DNA of 62,852 nt, the filler included, from an uncultured Synergistales bacterium (GTDB lineage Bacteria > Synergistota > Synergistia > Synergistales > Aminobacteriaceae), in NCBI GenBank assembly GCA_937897575.1. It is 5 parts of 5 records of this genome, joined end to end, with 100 filler letters (N's around TTAATTAATTAA, not from the genome) between each part and the next. Parts side by side here need not be neighbours in the genome. Positions count along the whole stretch, not along the records: positions 50,358 to 58,374 come from CALCQG010000133.1; positions 58,475 to 62,852 come from CALCQG010000134.1; 3 more parts are not named here. One strand, given 5' to 3'. The notes under the pieces are model-generated. The model was not told the origin of the DNA. It did not search any database and saw only the letters and a program-made list of their open reading frames with translations. This document shows positions 52,500 to 61,348 of this stretch, in pieces. Position 1 is the stretch's first letter. Each line of letters opens with the position of its first letter. A program made the position numbers and the translations under genes.

Positions 52500-54742
52500 G
52501 GCCGTCGCCCTCCTTCCGTCACGACCATCCGGTGGCTCCAGGCGCCGAGCACCTCGTAGCGGCCGTCGCCCAAGGGCCTGTACTCGACCCAGTAGGTGAC
52601 GAGGGACGGCCGGAGGGAGGCGATGAACGTCCCGTCCCCCCTGTCCATGGACGCGCCCGTCCGCTCCGCCTCGAAGAGGAGTCTTTTCACCGTGTCGTGC
52701 ACTATTCGGCGTTTCTCGAGCAGGGCCAGGACGGAGTCGTCCATGACCAGCACGATGCTCTCGTGGGGTTCCATGGGCCTATTCTCCTCCATCCAGTGGG
52801 ACGATTGCAAGGCCCGGACGAGGGCAAGCCGGTCGTCCCTCTGCCGGGAGCAGCCCGCGTAGGGGCGGTCAAACGAGTCCTTGCCGGCCTCGGGGAACAG
52901 GAAGTCCAACAGATGGGCCGTCCGTTTGCCCGCCCTGGCGAAGAGGTTCCTGCACATGGCGCAGTAGGTCAAATAGTCCCTGGGGTTCTCCTCGACCCTC
53001 GCCGCCGCCACCCTGTCGGCCAGGGGTTCGTTGGCGTTCCGCTGCAACCCGCCGAAGCCGCAGCAGCTCGTGCGCTCCCCCGTCTCGGGCAGTTCCTCCA
53101 TGGCGATGCCGAGGGACGAGCAGATATCCCGGACGGCGGCGCGAACGTCCGACATCTCCGCCGCGGTGCAGGGGTCGTGGAGCGCCATCGGCTCCCCGGG
53201 GACCGGGCCGTGGGGCGGAAGGGGCATGTCCTTCAGAACGGTCCAGAGTGAGACGGCCTCGATCTCCAGCGCGTCTCGCCGCAGGACGTCCAGGCAACCC
53301 GTGCAGGCCGTTATGACCGTGGGGGACCCCATGGACGCCCACTGCTCCTTCAGTTCCTCCATGGCCGAGTCGAAGAGGTCCTCCCGGCCGGCCCATCGGG
53401 CCGGTGCACCGCAACACCGAAGCCACAGGCCCACGCCGTCGATCCGGTCCCGGAGAAAGTCGTAGAGGGGCGCGATCGTCCCGGGGGACCCTCCGGCGAG
53501 GTGGCATCCCGGGAAGAAGAGATAGGAGCTGGCCTCCCGGCCAGGAGCGTGGCGGAGCAGCGCCCCCGTCGAGTTGGAGAGGGCCATGTCCTCGAGGGCG
53601 AAGTCGTGGGCCGACGGAGGCATCCTGTTCTGGCGGACCATCTCCCGTCTGGCGCCCAGGCAGAGGTCGCGCATGGAGAAGCCGTTGGGGCATATGCGCT
53701 CGCACTGGCCGCAGAGGCTGCACGAGTTGATCATCCTGTTGGACGTCCGGCTCCCCTGGACGATGGCGAGGTTGTTGTAGATCTCCCGGGCGTACCGCTT
53801 CGGGTAGCCCCTGTACTCCTGGAGGTAGACGCAGCGCTTGACGCACTCCATACACTGGCACTGCAGGCATCGGGCCGCCTCCTCCTTCGCGCCGGCGACG
53901 TCGTAGCCCTCGGGCGGGGCGGGGGAGGGCGGGAGGGGGGCGACGTCGGAGATGTCCGTGAAGAGCCTGGTCTCGAAGGGGCCCTCCTTCTCCCGTCCCG
54001 AGTGGAGCGAGGCGCCCTGCAGGAATCGTTCGACGGAGATCATCCCCCGCCGGCCCTCCGCCGCCCTCTGAATGAAGGAGGGGCTGTCACCGCCGGCGAA
54101 GAGTCCCGGGTGCCCTGTCTCGAGGCTCACGGGGTCCAGGGGCGCGACCCCCCGGGCGGCGGCGGCCGCGCCGGGGGCGTCGAGGCCGATGTAGAGGGCT
54201 TCGAACTCCGACGCCACGTCGTCCAGAGCCCTGTCCGCGGGGAAGGGGCGGAAGACCGCCCCGACGGCGGCGAGCCAATTCAGCTCCCGCTGCACGACCT
54301 CGGGGGTGAGGCGGTCCGAGAGGGCGAGGAGCAGAGTCAGCGGCTCTTCGAAGGTGAGGATCGTCACGGAAAAGCCCTTCCGAAGCCCGTCGGAGGCCGC
54401 GGCGAGGGCGCTCAGGGACCCGCCGGCCACGGCAATGGAGCGGCCGTTCTTCGGGATCAGGGAGCCGGAAAAGACCATGTTCTTCTGATCGCCCAGGGCG
54501 ATGCCGCCGCCTCTGCGGGCGCGGAGGCAGGGGATCATGCAGGGGGCGTCGCAGATGCGCCCGAGGATCTCGGGGAGGGGGAGGGCCTTCTCGATCGTCC
54601 GACGGGCCTCGGCGAACCGCCCGTCCGCCACGGAGCGACACAGGGCCCGTCCGTCCAGGTGCAGCGGACACGAGGCCTGGCACCAGGGCGGCTCCTCCTG
54701 AATGCAGAGCTCCTCGAACCGACGCAGTTCCGATTGGTCCAT
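52496..54742 (-). CDS. Fe-S oxidoreductase: GltD-like N-terminus, 4Fe-4S dicluster and CCG domains
   Basis: CQASCP, GRICDAPC, EAARCLQCQCMECVKRC, CSLCGQCERICP, FFPGC, CCG, HDPC, SCCGFGG. Confidence 0.88.
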   Translation of the reverse strand: MDQSELRRFEELCIQEEPPWCQASCPLHLDGRALCRSVADGRFAEARRTIEKALPLPEILGRICDAPCMIPCLRARRGGGIALGDQKNMVFSGSLIPKNGRSIAVAGGSLSALAAASDGLRKGFSVTILTFEEPLTLLLALSDRLTPEVVQRELNWLAAVGAVFRPFPADRALDDVASEFEALYIGLDAPGAAAAARGVAPLDPVSLETGHPGLFAGGDSPSFIQRAAEGRRGMISVERFLQGASLHSGREKEGPFETRLFTDISDVAPLPPSPAPPEGYDVAGAKEEAARCLQCQCMECVKRCVYLQEYRGYPKRYAREIYNNLAIVQGSRTSNRMINSCSLCGQCERICPNGFSMRDLCLGARREMVRQNRMPPSAHDFALEDMALSNSTGALLRHAPGREASSYLFFPGCHLAGGSPGTIAPLYDFLRDRIDGVGLWLRCCGAPARWAGREDLFDSAMEELKEQWASMGSPTVITACTGCLDVLRRDALEIEAVSLWTVLKDMPLPPHGPVPGEPMALHDPCTAAEMSDVRAAVRDICSSLGIAMEELPETGERTSCCGFGGLQRNANEPLADRVAAARVEENPRDYLTYCAMCRNLFARAGKRTAHLLDFLFPEAGKDSFDRPYAGCSRQRDDRLALVRALQSSHWMEENRPMEPHESIVLVMDDSVLALLEKRRIVHDTVKRLLFEAERTGASMDRGDGTFIASLRPSLVTYWVEYRPLGDGRYEVLGAWSHRMVVTEGGRRP

Positions 54743-54794
54743 GGCGTACCTCCAAAGGGGGAGGGGGCTGGCGCCCCCTCCCGGGATGAACGGA

Positions 54795-57521
54795 TTACTT
54801 CTTTTTGAGCCCTTCGAGCACCTTTTCAGGGTAGGCGGGCAGCCTCGTGATGCGAACGCCGCAGGCGTTGTAGATCCCGTTGATGATCGACGCGTGGGGG
54901 CTCGTTAGGGGCAGCTCGCCGATGCCGGCGGCGCCGTGGGGGCCGTCGGCTCTGTGTTCCTCGAAGTAGACGATCTCCATCCTGTCGGGGATGTCCTTGA
55001 TGTAGGGGAACCCGGCTCCGAGCATCGTGGCGTGCTTCTCGATGTCCTCGTAGTCCTCGGACAGGGCCAGCCCTATCCCCTGGGCCATGCCGCCCCAGTT
55101 CTGTCCGTCCACCAGAAGACGGTTGTTGATCTTTCCGCAGTCGCACATGAGGGTCATCTTGTCCACGGTCGTCTTGCCCGTCTCCGTGTCCACGGTGACC
55201 TCGGCCATGAAGACGCCGTACATGTAGATGACGAAGGGGCTTCCCTGGCCGTTCTCATCGCAGGCCGTCCCGTTGACGGCGGTCCACTTGCCCGAGAAGG
55301 ACGTGGGCTTTCCCTGGGCGACGAGCTCGTCGTAGGTCATGTAGCCGCCGCCGGGCTTGGCCGTCTCCTTCAGGAGCGTCTCGCAGGCCACCCGAATGGC
55401 GTTGCCCGTCATGACCTGGGACCGGGAGCCGCCTGCGGGGCCTGAGTTGGGGCACTTCTCCGTGTTGGGCCACGTGAAGCGGAGCTTGTCCGGAGCTATG
55501 CCGAGGGGCCGAAGAGCCTCGTGGGCCGTGCCGATCGCGCCCATGTCCGCGCCCTGGCCGTGGTCCTCCCAGGCCGTGCGGATGGTGATCGTCCCGTCGG
55601 GGTTCATGTCCGCCATCGCCTCGGAGCTGTCGGGGCCGTCGAGGCCGCAGCCGTAGACGCCCACGGAGATGCCCACGCCCTTCTTGAAGCGATCGGTGGA
55701 GTTGGCCTCTGCGGCCTTCCTGGCCGCATGATACTTGGGCCGCAGCGCCTCGAGCATCCCCGGCAGGGTGTAGGACTCGGGCGCCTGCCCCGTCGGCGAG
55801 GTGGCGCCGGAGCGGTAGGCGTTCTTGTAGCGGATCTCCAGCGGGTCCATGCCGAGCTTCTCGGCCAGTTCGTCCATGAGCACCTCCGACGAGAAGAGGG
55901 ACTGGGGCGACCCGTAGGCCCGGAAGGCCGAGCCCCAGGCGTGGTTGGTGCACACGGTCCTGCCCTGGCCCCGGATGTTGGGGATGTCGTACCCCGCCCC
56001 CATGAACTGGGTCCCCCGAAGGGTCACGAGGTCGCCGAACTCGGAGTAGGGCCCGTGGTCGACGGCGAAGTCCGTCTCCATGGCGAGGAGTTTGCCCTCT
56101 TTGTCGGCGGCGAATTTCATGTTGACGAAGAAGGGCGAGCGCTTGCCCGTGTACTGCTGCTGCTGCTTCCAGGTGTAGCGGAGACCGACGGGTCGTCCCG
56201 TCGCCATGGTCGCCGCTGCCACGAGGGCCTCCATGGTGGGGCTGAACTTGTAGCCGAAGGTGCCGCCCGCCGGGTTCGTCACGAGGACGAGCTTGCCCGG
56301 CTCGATGCCGAGTCCGGGGGCGATCATGGCGTGGTGCAGGTGGACGCCGATGGACTTGGAGTGGACGATGACGCGTCCCTCGTGGTCGGTGTAGGCGAAG
56401 CCCACGTCGGGCTCCACGGGCATGTGCGGCTGGCGTCCCACGTAGAAGTCGTCCTCAACGGTGACCACGTCGGGACGAGCGAAGATGGGGGCCGTGTCCT
56501 CCCCCTTCTGGACCTTCTGGGTGAAGTAGACGTTGGGCGTTCCGGGGTGAATCTCGATGGCTCCCTCGTCCATGGCTGCCGGTGCGCTCATGTAGGCCGG
56601 CAGGACCTCGAGGTCCACCTTGACCTTCTCGGCGGCGGCCACGGCCTGCTCGTAGGTGTCGGCGCAGACGATGGCGATGGCATCACCGTGCTGGAAGACC
56701 TTCTCGTCGCAGAGGATCGGCCGGTCCCACCCGTCGCCCTTGTTCGTCGGGAAGGTGATGAGCCCCGTGATGCGGTTTTTGCCCTTGATATCCTTATGGG
56801 TGACCACCTTGAACACGCCGGGCATCTTCTCCGCCTCCGACGTGTCGATCCCGCGGATGTTGGCGTGGGAGACATTGGCCTGGACGAGGGCGGCGTGCAG
56901 GGCGTTCTTCGGAAGCTTCAGGATGAGGTCCGCACCGTAGTCCAGCGTCCCCGTCACCTTGGCCACGGCCGTGGGGCGGGGGTACTTGCTCCCCCAGATC
57001 CGGCCGTCGGCGGGCATGGTGAACTCCAGCTCCTTCTCGTTCATCTCGCCCCGGAGCACCTTTGCGGCATCCATGACGGCGTCCACGAGAGGGATGTACC
57101 CCGTGCAACGACAGGCGTTCCTGTTGAGCTGGAACCAATCCCGGACCTCCTCGCGGGTGGGGTTCGGGTTGCTGTCCAGGAGGGCCTTCGCCGAGACGAT
57201 AAAGCCGGGGGAGCAGAACCCGCACTGGGCCCCTCCGTGTTTGATCCAGGCCTTCTGGATGGGGTGAAGAGCCTGAGGTGTGCCGATCCCCTCGATGGTG
57301 GTGATCACGGCCCCCTCTCGCAGACGGCTCATCTTCAGGACGCAGGACCGGACCAGCTTCCCGTCCACGATCACATTGCACGACCCGCAATGGCCCTGGC
57401 CGCAGCCCACCTTGGTTCCCGTAAGGCCGAGCTGTTCGCGCAGCACGGACGAGAGCACGCTCTGTCCGTCGACGATGATGTTCCGTTCGACTCCGTTGAC
57501 GACGAAGTTCTTCTGAATCAT
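54795..57521 (-). CDS. mop: Molybdopterin aldehyde oxidoreductase (Desulfovibrio Mop type, xanthine oxidase family)
   Basis: 908 aa; GTKVGCGQGHCGSC, QCGFCSPG, NACRCTGY 2Fe-2S motifs; GGTFGYK, AFRAYG, GIGELP. Confidence 0.93.
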   Translation of the reverse strand: MIQKNFVVNGVERNIIVDGQSVLSSVLREQLGLTGTKVGCGQGHCGSCNVIVDGKLVRSCVLKMSRLREGAVITTIEGIGTPQALHPIQKAWIKHGGAQCGFCSPGFIVSAKALLDSNPNPTREEVRDWFQLNRNACRCTGYIPLVDAVMDAAKVLRGEMNEKELEFTMPADGRIWGSKYPRPTAVAKVTGTLDYGADLILKLPKNALHAALVQANVSHANIRGIDTSEAEKMPGVFKVVTHKDIKGKNRITGLITFPTNKGDGWDRPILCDEKVFQHGDAIAIVCADTYEQAVAAAEKVKVDLEVLPAYMSAPAAMDEGAIEIHPGTPNVYFTQKVQKGEDTAPIFARPDVVTVEDDFYVGRQPHMPVEPDVGFAYTDHEGRVIVHSKSIGVHLHHAMIAPGLGIEPGKLVLVTNPAGGTFGYKFSPTMEALVAAATMATGRPVGLRYTWKQQQQYTGKRSPFFVNMKFAADKEGKLLAMETDFAVDHGPYSEFGDLVTLRGTQFMGAGYDIPNIRGQGRTVCTNHAWGSAFRAYGSPQSLFSSEVLMDELAEKLGMDPLEIRYKNAYRSGATSPTGQAPESYTLPGMLEALRPKYHAARKAAEANSTDRFKKGVGISVGVYGCGLDGPDSSEAMADMNPDGTITIRTAWEDHGQGADMGAIGTAHEALRPLGIAPDKLRFTWPNTEKCPNSGPAGGSRSQVMTGNAIRVACETLLKETAKPGGGYMTYDELVAQGKPTSFSGKWTAVNGTACDENGQGSPFVIYMYGVFMAEVTVDTETGKTTVDKMTLMCDCGKINNRLLVDGQNWGGMAQGIGLALSEDYEDIEKHATMLGAGFPYIKDIPDRMEIVYFEEHRADGPHGAAGIGELPLTSPHASIINGIYNACGVRITRLPAYPEKVLEGLKKK

Positions 57522-57936
57522 GCCGAATCACTCCTCTCCTATGGTGGCGTGCAGAATGCGACGTTGTGCCCTGGAAGAAACCGGGTACGACCGACGGTCG
57601 TCTGTGGTGAAGGGAGATCACCGCCCTTCCGAATGAGGTGGGGCTTCGCCCGCAGCGAAGGACGGGTCCCTCCCGCTGCACCTGTGTCGAAGTCCGTGGG
57701 TTATGAAACGCAACATAGTTGCATTATTTCGTCTATTACGAAGTGCACACTCAGTATAGCCCATTTCGCCCCATCTGTGGGAAAATTTTTCGGGTGGCCG
57801 CGGATCATTGGACCTCGCGGAGAAAATCCGGCCGCCGCCGGGTTTCTGGGAGCAATATGGGGGAGGCAAAGAATTCGCCTCCCCCATGAGATCTGCAACG
57901 GCTCTTGATGTTTTATCGCGCGGATCGTCCGATACT

Positions 57937-58344
57937 CTATTTTTCTTGCGAGAGGAGCGCCTTCACGGCCGTCCGGATGTCCGACGTCTCCCGTCCGATG
58001 GCGGCCCCCGCCTCCTTCAGCGGGACGGTCGGGTCCGTGTCGGCGGGCCAGCCGGCCTTTTCGAGGATCGCCGCGGCGTCCAGGCCGTACCCCGCCGCCA
58101 CGTCCTTCAGCGTCATGCTTCCCTTGATCTCCTCGGGGTTCGACGGCACAGGCGCGGGAGCCGGGCTCGCCGTTTGAGGATCGGCCGCGAAGTGCTCCTT
58201 GAGCCTCTCTTTGAGCTCCTCGTCGTTGACGCCCTCCATGGTCTTCAGCGAGACGTCCGGGGGGCTGTCCGCCGGCAGTCCGGCGATCTGGAGGACTGCG
58301 GCGGGGGTGAGCTTCACCTGGTCGGCGACCTGCTGGATGGTCAT
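57937..58344 (-). CDS. C-terminal fragment of a protein with two helical repeats (5' lost at contig end)
   Basis: Repeat MT..QVA....L.PA.VL..AGLPAD...D..LK occurs twice around a Pro-rich linker. Confidence 0.6.
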   Translation of the reverse strand: MTIQQVADQVKLTPAAVLQIAGLPADSPPDVSLKTMEGVNDEELKERLKEHFAADPQTASPAPAPVPSNPEEIKGSMTLKDVAAGYGLDAAAILEKAGWPADTDPTVPLKEAGAAIGRETSDIRTAVKALLSQEK

Positions 58345-58374
58345 CCATCAGGTCGCCGACCAGGTGAAGCTCAC
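58307..58374. repeat. Fold-back inverted duplication at contig end
   Basis: 26-bp arms gtgagcttcacctggtcggcgacctg / caggtcgccgaccaggtgaagctcac ending at the gap. Confidence 0.85.
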
Positions 58375-58474
58375 NNNNNNNNNNNNNNNNNNNNNNNNNN
58401 NNNNNNNNNNNNNNNNNNTTAATTAATTAANNNNNNNNNNNNNNNNNNNNNNNNNNNNNNNNNNNNNNNNNNNN
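58375..58474. other. Artificial contig linker
   Basis: N runs with TTAATTAATTAA. Confidence 0.97.
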
Positions 58475-58639
58475 GGGGGAGGAGACGGGGCGCACGTTTT
58501 CGGGACCGACCGGCTCGTACCCACCCCTTTTCGCGCAATCGGTCCGCCGCCCTCCGGTTTTCCGCTTCGAAGCGGACCCTCCCGCACGCTCCGCTTCACC
58601 ATCGGCAGTATCAGGCCCCTGCTCTTCCCAGTCGCTCCT

Positions 58640-58668
58640 TTGACAAGACGCGGAAAGAGGCGTATCAT
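58640..58668 (+). promoter_or_regulatory. sigma70 promoter of leader-aspartokinase-hom operon
   Basis: TTGACA-17 bp-TATCAT. Confidence 0.8.
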
Positions 58669-58702
58669 CCTGACCATCCGACCGGAAAGGAGGGGCTCAC
58701 CT

Positions 58703-58786
58703 GTGCGAAATACGGACAGAAGTTATGTGAATGCGTCCATGACGACGATGACGAGCAACGGCCCCCCTGAGGAGGTCGGTGCCTGA
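58703..58786 (+). CDS. Putative attenuator leader peptide MRNTDRSYVNASMTTMTSNGPPEEVGA
   Basis: AAAGGAGG RBS, GTG start, tandem ATG-ACG-ACG-ATG-ACG codons at 58739-58753, TGA stop before terminator. Confidence 0.75.
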   Translation: MRNTDRSYVNASMTTMTSNGPPEEVGA

Positions 58787-58813
58787 TTCGTGGCGCACCG
58801 AACGCTTCAGACG

Positions 58814-58848
58814 GAGGGCCTTCGTGGAGACGAAGGCCCTCTTTTTTT
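58814..58848 (+). terminator. Attenuator terminator
   Basis: 12-bp stem gagggccttcgt/acgaaggccctc, GGAG loop, T7 tract, between promoter and aspartokinase RBS. Confidence 0.88.
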
Positions 58849-58869
58849 GTCTCAGGAGGGGTGGATCCT

Positions 58870-60072
58870 ATGGGAGCATTTCAGGACAGCGTGGTTATGA
58901 AGTTCGGCGGCACATCGGTGAACGGCGCGTCGAAAATGATGAACGCCGCGCGGCGCATCATCGAAAAGCGGAAGGACGGCTGTCCGGTGGCCGTCGTCGT
59001 GTCCGCCATGGGAAAGACGACGGACCGTCTGATCGACATGGCCAGAGAGGCGGGAGGGGCGACGCCCGACGGGAGGGAGGTCGATCATCTCCTCGCCACC
59101 GGAGAGCAGCAATCCGCCGCACTTCTGGCCCTGACCCTCAACGCCATGGGGTATCCGGCGTGCTCCTTCACCGGGGTGCAGGCCGGAGTCCTCGCCGAAG
59201 GCCCCTGGGGCGAGGGGCGCATCACCTCAGTCAACCCCCTTCGCATCAGAGACACGATCGCCGGGGGCACAGTGGCCGTCGTCGCCGGATTTCAGGGCGT
59301 GACCAGGGGCGGCGACGTCATCACGCTCGGCCGGGGCGGCTCGGACCTCTCCGCCGTGGCCCTTGCAGCGGCCCTTCATGCGAAGGAGTGCCATATCCTC
59401 ACCGACGTCAGCGGCATCTACACGGCGGACCCCAGAAGGGTCCCCGACGCGAAAAAATTGCGCTCCGTCTCGTGGGACGAGTGCATCGAAATGGGCGTCT
59501 GCGGAGCGCGGGTCATGCAGCCGCGAAGCGTGGAGATGGCCTGCCGCCTCGGGATGCCGATACACCTGGCATCGAGCGACACCGCTCAGGACGGGACCTG
59601 GATCTCGGGGCCGGACGTGAGCGAAAGACCGAAGATCACCGCCGTGGCCTCCGACGAAAGGATATGCCGCCTCACCCTCCCGCCGGGGGGAAAAGCGCCC
59701 TGGCAGGAGATCTCCGAGGCCTTTTCGAAATCGGAGATCGTCACCGTCGCGATCACGACGCACCCCTGCGACGCCATATACGTCCGTGGCGACCAGGGCG
59801 GGAGGGCGCAGTCCCTGTGCCGCTCCCTCCTCGATGCCGACGTACCTCTGAGCGACGGCTTCGCGAGCGTCTCCGTCATCGGCCACGGCGTCGGAAATCA
59901 CCCCGAGATCCTCAACGGCGTCCTGCGCGTTCTCGCCCGGTGCGCATGCTCGCTGTACCTGGTTTTCTCCTCAGGGAGCTCCGTACGCTGCATTCTTCCG
60001 GGAGAGGCGGCCGCCGGTGCCGTGTTGGCCCTTCATGAGGCATTCATAGAAAAGGAAGGCGATAACGCATGA
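58870..60072 (+). CDS. lysC: Aspartate kinase (ACT regions look divergent)
   Basis: VMKFGGTSV, VVVSAMGKTTD, AGFQG, TLGRGGSDLSA, TDVSGIYTADPR. Confidence 0.92.
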   Translation: MGAFQDSVVMKFGGTSVNGASKMMNAARRIIEKRKDGCPVAVVVSAMGKTTDRLIDMAREAGGATPDGREVDHLLATGEQQSAALLALTLNAMGYPACSFTGVQAGVLAEGPWGEGRITSVNPLRIRDTIAGGTVAVVAGFQGVTRGGDVITLGRGGSDLSAVALAAALHAKECHILTDVSGIYTADPRRVPDAKKLRSVSWDECIEMGVCGARVMQPRSVEMACRLGMPIHLASSDTAQDGTWISGPDVSERPKITAVASDERICRLTLPPGGKAPWQEISEAFSKSEIVTVAITTHPCDAIYVRGDQGGRAQSLCRSLLDADVPLSDGFASVSVIGHGVGNHPEILNGVLRVLARCACSLYLVFSSGSSVRCILPGEAAAGAVLALHEAFIEKEGDNA

Positions 60073-61112
60073 AGAACAGGGAAAAGGTCTGGGGGATCTG
60101 TTTCGCCGGCTTCGGCAACGTCGGGCAGGGGCTGGCCGGGATTCTGGCCGACGAGGAGGAGGCCCTTCGGCGCACCGGGTTCTCCTTCCAGACCGTGGCT
60201 GTGGTCACGAAGACGAGAGGGGCCCTTGTGGACCCGGAGGGCATAGCGCTCCCCGACCTTCTGGAAAGGGTCGGCCGCGGCGACCCCGTTGGACAGGACA
60301 GGATCGGCGCCTCCGAGGCGGCGCTGCTGCCCGGCGTGGACATCGTGGCGGACGTCACGCCGACGAACCTCGAGGACGGGGGAGTAGGGCTCGCCCTGAC
60401 CCGCGCGGCGCTCTCCGCAGGGCGGCACGTGGTCACGTCCGACAAGGGGCCAGCCTCCCTGGCCATGGACGAATTACGGGCGCTCGCCCGGAAAAACCGG
60501 TGCACCTACCGTTTCGAGGGCACCGTCCTGAGCGGGACCCCGGCGATCAACTTCGCCCTCGAGGCCATGGCGGGGTGCTCCATCCGGTCCGTTCAGGGCA
60601 TCGTGAACGGCACGACGAACTACATCCTCACCAAGATGGAGGAGGGGTTCGGATACGCCGAAGCCCTCGCCGAGGCCACGAAGCTCGGGTACGCCGAGGC
60701 CGACCCGAGGGGCGACGTGGACGGGTGGGACGCCGCCGTGAAGGCCCAGATCCTCGCCGGAGTGGTCCTCGGCGCCTCGATCCCCCTCTCCTCCGTCCGC
60801 CGCACGGGGATCGCGCACATTACGGCGAAGGACGTGAACGAGGCCGCGCGAAGGCGGAGAAGGATCAAACTCGTGGCCAGGGCCGAACGGACGGACGGGG
60901 GCGTCTCGGCCTCCGTGGCTCCCGAGGAGCTTCCCCTGACGCACCCCCTCGCCTCGGTTCAGGGCGTCATGAACGCTCTGACCTACTCCACCGACCACCT
61001 CGACCAGGTCACCATCACCGGACCGGGGGCGGGACGAAGGGAGACCGGTCAGGCCCTGCTTTCGGACATCCTCGCCATCGCCCGGGGGAGGGAGGCCAAC
61101 CATCGGCCGTAG
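60069..61112 (+). CDS. hom: Homoserine dehydrogenase (no ACT domain)
   Basis: GFGNVG, VVTSDKG, NGTTNYIL, GYAEADP..DVDG.DAA.K, GPGAG..ETG. Confidence 0.93.
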   Translation: MKNREKVWGICFAGFGNVGQGLAGILADEEEALRRTGFSFQTVAVVTKTRGALVDPEGIALPDLLERVGRGDPVGQDRIGASEAALLPGVDIVADVTPTNLEDGGVGLALTRAALSAGRHVVTSDKGPASLAMDELRALARKNRCTYRFEGTVLSGTPAINFALEAMAGCSIRSVQGIVNGTTNYILTKMEEGFGYAEALAEATKLGYAEADPRGDVDGWDAAVKAQILAGVVLGASIPLSSVRRTGIAHITAKDVNEAARRRRRIKLVARAERTDGGVSASVAPEELPLTHPLASVQGVMNALTYSTDHLDQVTITGPGAGRRETGQALLSDILAIARGREANHRP

Positions 61113-61348
61113 AACGGCGCAGCTCGTCGTCACGGGAACGGTGGTGATGCACCGTCTCTCGCCTCGAGGCCCCATGACATCACCCCGTCAAGGTGCCGGC
61201 ATCGGAACGCTCTGGCCTGTCCTTTCTCCGGCAGGCCCTTCATTTTGCATTTTTTTTGCGATCATGGTATGAAGTGGTGCAATACATGACGCTCCACGTG
61301 TTTCCGGCGGCTTCGTCCCACACGTCACCCCCATGGAGGGAGATACCC

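Noticed and set aside
58670..58850. T-box, SAM or lysine riboswitch upstream of lysC
   Set aside because: No GGTGGTACC T-box core or recognisable SAM-I or lysine consensus; the leader-peptide model explains the elements better
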